NCBI GenBank assembly: GCA_002499585.1
Contig: DAMH01000027.1
Location: forward strand, 215,983 to 279,982
DNA length: 64,000 nucleotides
Origin: Euryarchaeota archaeon UBA552
Lineage (GTDB): Archaea; Thermoplasmatota; Poseidoniia; Poseidoniales; Thalassarchaeaceae
Direction: 5' to 3'
This document shows positions 59,575-64,000 of this stretch, one piece after another. Position numbers and translations under genes: made by a program. How positions within the stretch are numbered: the first letter of the stretch is position 1; each line of letters starts with the position of its first letter. Below the pieces are notes generated by a model that saw only the letters and a program-made list of their open reading frames with translations, was not told the origin of the DNA and did not search any database.

Positions 59575-60179
59575 CTGTGCGAGGAAAGATCGTATCCTCC
59601 TCGCATGTTGGTGGGCTGCTGGTAGAGTTTGATTCTAGGCCACCTGGGCTTGGGTGGGATGTAAGAATTGAGGGTGGGAAGAGCATTGGAAGAGTTGACT
59701 CAGTGATAGGTAGTGTGAATTCTGGCTTGATACACGTTTCACTCACTGGACATATGGAGCCTGCTTCTGCCATTGGAGCTCCTGTGGTGATAAATCCTTT
59801 ATCTCGATCTAAACCCACACAAAGGAGCCACAACAAGACACCCAGAGGTCGGTCAAAAGGAAACTTCACCACGAGGAGGAGATCAGAGAGGGGGAAGGGG
59901 GGTGAAAGGACCCTTCCAACATGGGTCTGCCAGAAATGTAGAAGTTTGAATTCCAGAACATCTAAGTGTATAGGTTGCGGTTCACCAAGAAGTTCTGCTA
60001 GACAGAATCCACCTTCCTCTGACAAAGGACCAGGAGGTAGAAAACCCCATACTAGAAATTCAAAGATGGGCCGATCAGGGCCTCAAAAGAAGGGGCGTCG
60101 AGCATCGTCGAGCAAAAAAGTTTGGAACAACGCCCGGAAAAGGAATCGCCAAAATAGTGGCAATCGGCAGTCTAGATGA
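59571..60179 (+). CDS. Gar1/Naf1-like H/ACA RNP protein with RanBP2-type zinc finger and basic tail
   Basis: N-terminal G.LLV...P.LG..V......IGRV..V.G.V pattern of archaeal Gar1; WVCQKCRSLN..CIGC. Confidence 0.65.
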   Translation: MTVRGKIVSSSHVGGLLVEFDSRPPGLGWDVRIEGGKSIGRVDSVIGSVNSGLIHVSLTGHMEPASAIGAPVVINPLSRSKPTQRSHNKTPRGRSKGNFTTRRRSERGKGGERTLPTWVCQKCRSLNSRTSKCIGCGSPRSSARQNPPSSDKGPGGRKPHTRNSKMGRSGPQKKGRRASSSKKVWNNARKRNRQNSGNRQSR

Positions 60180-61209
60180 TTTGCCAACAGGAGCATTCAT
60201 CCAAGGGACACGATTCGAACGACCAATGAGGACCCGGCAGGAAACTCTGGAATGGATTGCTGAACTGAGGGGCAATGAAGCGAGAGAGGATGTTCTCGAG
60301 TTAATAGAATCGGCTTTGAACGAGGATACTGAAAACGGCATTCTTTGGGCAGAGGCTGCAGATCTCTACCTTCCACCCAGAAGCAGGGGTAAGCCAATAG
60401 ACCCTGACCTTTCCCAGTGTGCGAAGGCCCTCAGATGCCTTCGTCGCGCTGTTCAGAGCGACCCATCGATGGATGAGGCTTGGGCCTTGGGCGGACTGCT
60501 CATGGTAGACCATCTAGGAATGATGGAGGATGCATTGGAATGGTGGTCTGAATATAGCGTCATAAATCCGGACTCGCCAGTCCCCCTTGTCGAACAAGTA
60601 GCAATCATGGCGAGATACGGGGAGTTCGATAAGGCCTCGACTATAATGAATTCCATTGAGTCATTGGATAGAGAGATGCTAAGCAACTCACAAAAAAGAA
60701 GGTTAGAAGACATCAAAAGTAACATCAATAATGCAGCAAAATCAGATGAAAAGGATGTTTTTAGACCACAGGATCCAAACCACCCAAGGTGGGAAAAAAT
60801 AAGCAAATATCGAAATCAGAAACCAGTGTCCCAGACATACTTTCTGTTCTTCATTGTCTCGCCGTTCGTGTTCATGATTGGATTCATAGCATCGGCAGCA
60901 CTATCCCCGTATGGTGCGCAAGGACAAATTGCTACATTCCTCACGATTCTCATAGCATTCTATAGCCTAACGAGAGTGTCTGAGCCACTATTCAGATGGA
61001 TGAACAGGAACGCCACAGACCTAGACAGGGCACTGGATATCGAAATGGCTTCGGGTAAAACATGCATACCTGAAACTATCAGGGAAGGAAGGCTTCACAA
61101 AAAGATGCTATCATTTAGACCCCCTGCATGGCTAGAACGCCACCAAAGGATCGTCACCGACGGGCAGCGAATTTCTCGCAGATGGGCCAGTGGCTATGAA
61201 CTAAAATGA
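60157..61209 (+). CDS. TPR-like protein with two C-terminal TM helices
   Basis: Helical repeats (AVQSDPSMDEAWALGG, INPDSP) and two hydrophobic helices; start may be 60226. Confidence 0.7.
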   Translation: MAIGSLDDLPTGAFIQGTRFERPMRTRQETLEWIAELRGNEAREDVLELIESALNEDTENGILWAEAADLYLPPRSRGKPIDPDLSQCAKALRCLRRAVQSDPSMDEAWALGGLLMVDHLGMMEDALEWWSEYSVINPDSPVPLVEQVAIMARYGEFDKASTIMNSIESLDREMLSNSQKRRLEDIKSNINNAAKSDEKDVFRPQDPNHPRWEKISKYRNQKPVSQTYFLFFIVSPFVFMIGFIASAALSPYGAQGQIATFLTILIAFYSLTRVSEPLFRWMNRNATDLDRALDIEMASGKTCIPETIREGRLHKKMLSFRPPAWLERHQRIVTDGQRISRRWASGYELK

Positions 61210-61214
61210 GGGTT

Positions 61215-64000
61215 TCATTTCTTGTTCAGGTTGGCATAGTAATCTTGCGCGTACTGTCGAGCATAGTCCTCTGGATACCCTTGTCCCACCATTTGTTGGA
61301 CATATGCTTCAACAGGATCTAGATCTTCTACGCCTTGGAAGCCTCTGATTTCATCCGTAATCTTGGTACTTCCTCTACCTCTCATCGCAATTGTAACTCC
61401 TGCTATAGCGAGGATTACAAGTAGTCCACCGACGATTGGTATGACCATTCCGAGACCTTGTCCCTGTGAATCGCATCCGATCGCGGATGGATCCCTTTCG
61501 CATGGATCATTACTTCTCCGTAGGAGGTATATCTCCTCGCTAGATGTTGTGGAGTACCTCAGCCCATCTCCCTCAATTACTCGGATATAGACCATGGACT
61601 GTACGCCCTCTTCTTCTGAGTACAGGTCGGAGATATCGAGGGTAATGGAGAAAGTGGATCCGTCGCCTAGAAGTCCTGTCTCGTTATACTTTCCAATCTG
61701 TTTCTGTGTGGCCTTGGGAGTCGGGGAAAGGTCTAGAATAACAGGATCAGCTAGTGCTACCTCGATTCTGACATCTGAGTTCTCAGCCCCAGAAACAACA
61801 GTTCCACTGATTGTGACTCTGTCAGAGGTCTGAGAGTCGTTGGGTTTCGGAGAGCTGAATGTAACTAGAGGTGGTTCGTCGCCGAAATCTTCACCAACTA
61901 CAACAAAATACATCCTCGCCTTAGATGACGACTTTCCTGCTTTGTCGTAGACGATCAGCTCCAGTCGGATCTGGTTCTCCAAAGTTCCATCGCTGGTGAT
62001 GTTTCTGAATGTGTAACTGAATGCATCCCCTCCGGCCGTTGAAGGGACATCGAACACGTGTCCGTCCAAACTCGGCTGTGAGGTTACAGGGTAGTCAAAG
62101 TAAACCCTCCATGAATACAGCTGGATTCCACTTTCGCCTTCGGGTGCGTCTGCGTCGTTACTTTCAGCGCCTGAGAATGAAAGTGTAATGTCCCCGGTGG
62201 GAGTTTGCCTGACTCGGTATATGTCCCAGTCGTTTCCTGCTACGGACTTAGTTCCATCTTGAGTGACGAACTCGTCCGTCAATTCGTCTTGGACCAATGA
62301 TATCGAAGCAGTTGGATCAGACTCATCCGCGAGAGTATCGTTGGTGATGAGGCGTACATACGTCATTCTGGTGTGACCTTCTGCGTCATGGAGGTAGAGA
62401 GTTAGTAGCCACTCCGCCCCTATGAAGCAACCTGTCGATGAGAGTGTGCTGTCTACACAGAAGGAACCCAGGGTAGGTATTTCAGCCGATGTTTGGTTAA
62501 CGTGGGAGAATTCTCCTGGGTCTAGTATTTCACCTTGCCATCCAGTTACTGCATCCTCGGCACCAGGCTCGAGTGTCCAATCCGCAATCAGGTCAACTGC
62601 ATCTGAAACATAGCTGAATTGCAACTCAGAGTTAGATTTGATGTAGACTGTGTTGTAGGCTTTAGTGACCGTGTTGATTGACGGGGCAACTCCATTGATG
62701 GTGAGATCAAAAGTGTCTCCAGCTATTCCGAAGTCAAGTGGGTAGGGTGTCACGTCATACTGCAACATATTCGACAAAAGCGGCATGACTGGTCCGCCAT
62801 ATGGCTGCGAGAAGGTAGGGTTCTCTACATCCATGGTTGTCACAATCATACCTCCATTACCCCTGTTGCAAAGGCTGAGCAGGGACTGTGATCCGTATTC
62901 AACGCTACCCAGCAAACTATGGAATGTGCCAAGTGGATCGGAAATTCTGCCTCCGCATGCAGCAGGTACTTGATTTGGTAGAACTTGGGAAATGTCCAGT
63001 CCTGACATGGCGACATATTGGCCGCCATGAACTGCCTGCAGTGCAGTCAACTCGATACCGTTCAATATAGGGTGATATCTGTCGATTACTCGTACATCAT
63101 CGTAATCGAATCTTATTGATGAGTTGGCAGGATTCCTCTCTTGAATGTCCATTCCGAACGGAAGATTATCCGGCATGTAGTCGTTCCTGTATGGTCCGAG
63201 ATGCACCTGTAGTGTGCCACCATTAACCATGAAATCGTCCAGTACATCATTGACTGATAGCCCGTCTGGCCTAACTTCACTTAACTTCTGATAGTAGTCT
63301 CCGTAAGCGGCGTTGTAATCAGTTTGCCACGGAAGTAGTACCTTATGGTAGACATTGGTCCAATCTTCTGTGACATAGTCAGCCCATTCATCGGTTCTGA
63401 ACTGAGTGTATGTCATGCCCATGGAATCTAGATCCTGTTTGACTCGTTGTAGGCGGTTTTGATCGGTTGGGTTAGAGAGGATTGCAACATCGATTTCATT
63501 CATGAAGGCGATCTCGAAGAATCTCTTGTTCCCATTCTCTGAGCTATCGGAAACCAGTTTTGCGGACCAACTGAGGTTGTAAGTCCTGCCGGTTTCCCAC
63601 GAGTTGAACATGCCATTGGAACCCACCTCAACATTGGATCCGGTTGTCCAGTTGGCGAAGGTTCTTTCATGCGGAACAAGGTTAAACGGCCCGTTGTCAG
63701 AGGTTGCTTGCCATACCGTCTGGCCAGTGGTTGTGTCAACTACCGACATCGTGACTTCATAGATTCCTTCTATGACACCATTCAGTATTGGTAGTGAGAA
63801 GGTGTGTGCAGCGGTGGAACTTATTGGGTAGACGCACTTGTATGTCACATCACCGACGCAATCTAAGACATTCGGTTGCAATAGGGTGATTTCAGCACTG
63901 TCTATGCTGAATTGGACCTTGGAGAAATTGTTACTTGGATTTACTTCTTCCGCTTGGTACCATTTTTGTTCAGGATCGTTGTTATCAAAGATGGTCCTGA
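61215..64000 (-). CDS. C-terminal part of a very large membrane-anchored surface protein (PKD/Ig-like)
   Basis: Frame open to the window end; SFSGAESND.D...YSW PKD-like motif; C-terminal TM and DPVEAYVQQMVGQGY cytoplasmic tail. Confidence 0.85.
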   Translation of the reverse strand, partial: RTIFDNNDPEQKWYQAEEVNPSNNFSKVQFSIDSAEITLLQPNVLDCVGDVTYKCVYPISSTAAHTFSLPILNGVIEGIYEVTMSVVDTTTGQTVWQATSDNGPFNLVPHERTFANWTTGSNVEVGSNGMFNSWETGRTYNLSWSAKLVSDSSENGNKRFFEIAFMNEIDVAILSNPTDQNRLQRVKQDLDSMGMTYTQFRTDEWADYVTEDWTNVYHKVLLPWQTDYNAAYGDYYQKLSEVRPDGLSVNDVLDDFMVNGGTLQVHLGPYRNDYMPDNLPFGMDIQERNPANSSIRFDYDDVRVIDRYHPILNGIELTALQAVHGGQYVAMSGLDISQVLPNQVPAACGGRISDPLGTFHSLLGSVEYGSQSLLSLCNRGNGGMIVTTMDVENPTFSQPYGGPVMPLLSNMLQYDVTPYPLDFGIAGDTFDLTINGVAPSINTVTKAYNTVYIKSNSELQFSYVSDAVDLIADWTLEPGAEDAVTGWQGEILDPGEFSHVNQTSAEIPTLGSFCVDSTLSSTGCFIGAEWLLTLYLHDAEGHTRMTYVRLITNDTLADESDPTASISLVQDELTDEFVTQDGTKSVAGNDWDIYRVRQTPTGDITLSFSGAESNDADAPEGESGIQLYSWRVYFDYPVTSQPSLDGHVFDVPSTAGGDAFSYTFRNITSDGTLENQIRLELIVYDKAGKSSSKARMYFVVVGEDFGDEPPLVTFSSPKPNDSQTSDRVTISGTVVSGAENSDVRIEVALADPVILDLSPTPKATQKQIGKYNETGLLGDGSTFSITLDISDLYSEEEGVQSMVYIRVIEGDGLRYSTTSSEEIYLLRRSNDPCERDPSAIGCDSQGQGLGMVIPIVGGLLVILAIAGVTIAMRGRGSTKITDEIRGFQGVEDLDPVEAYVQQMVGQGYPEDYARQYAQDYYANLNKK

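Overview
A gene-dense, mid-GC archaeal chromosome segment. Archaeal-type shikimate genes, FAD synthase RibL, Gar1, an HTH_10 regulator, GGTGA/GGAGG ribosome sites, many acidic secreted proteins and several bacterial-type enzymes point to Marine Group II Euryarchaeota (Ca. Poseidoniales); this is inferred, not verified by search. About 52 CDS and one tRNA-Leu(TAG) are supported: ileS, nadE, nth/polX/xth, hppA, a riboflavin operon, trxB, moeB, a fused E1 2-oxoacid dehydrogenase, a Mo-enzyme locus, a MoxR/DUF58 cluster, an aro operon, a MacB-type ABC transporter, gpsA and phnCE. No CRISPR array, integrase or transposase was seen. Strongest leads: (1) a single 1280-codon ORF fusing a secreted subtilisin-like S8 protease to an AmpG-family MFS transporter; (2) a ~180-bp, ~12% GC intergenic island with six ATGT cores spaced 33-34 bp apart; (3) an hcrCAB-like (4-hydroxybenzoyl-CoA reductase-type) Mo-enzyme cluster with maturation genes; (4) a zinc-ribbon extension on the fused E1; (5) altered catalytic motifs in PolX and IleRS; (6) a Gar1-RanBP2 zinc-finger fusion. 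All family calls come from motif recognition by eye.
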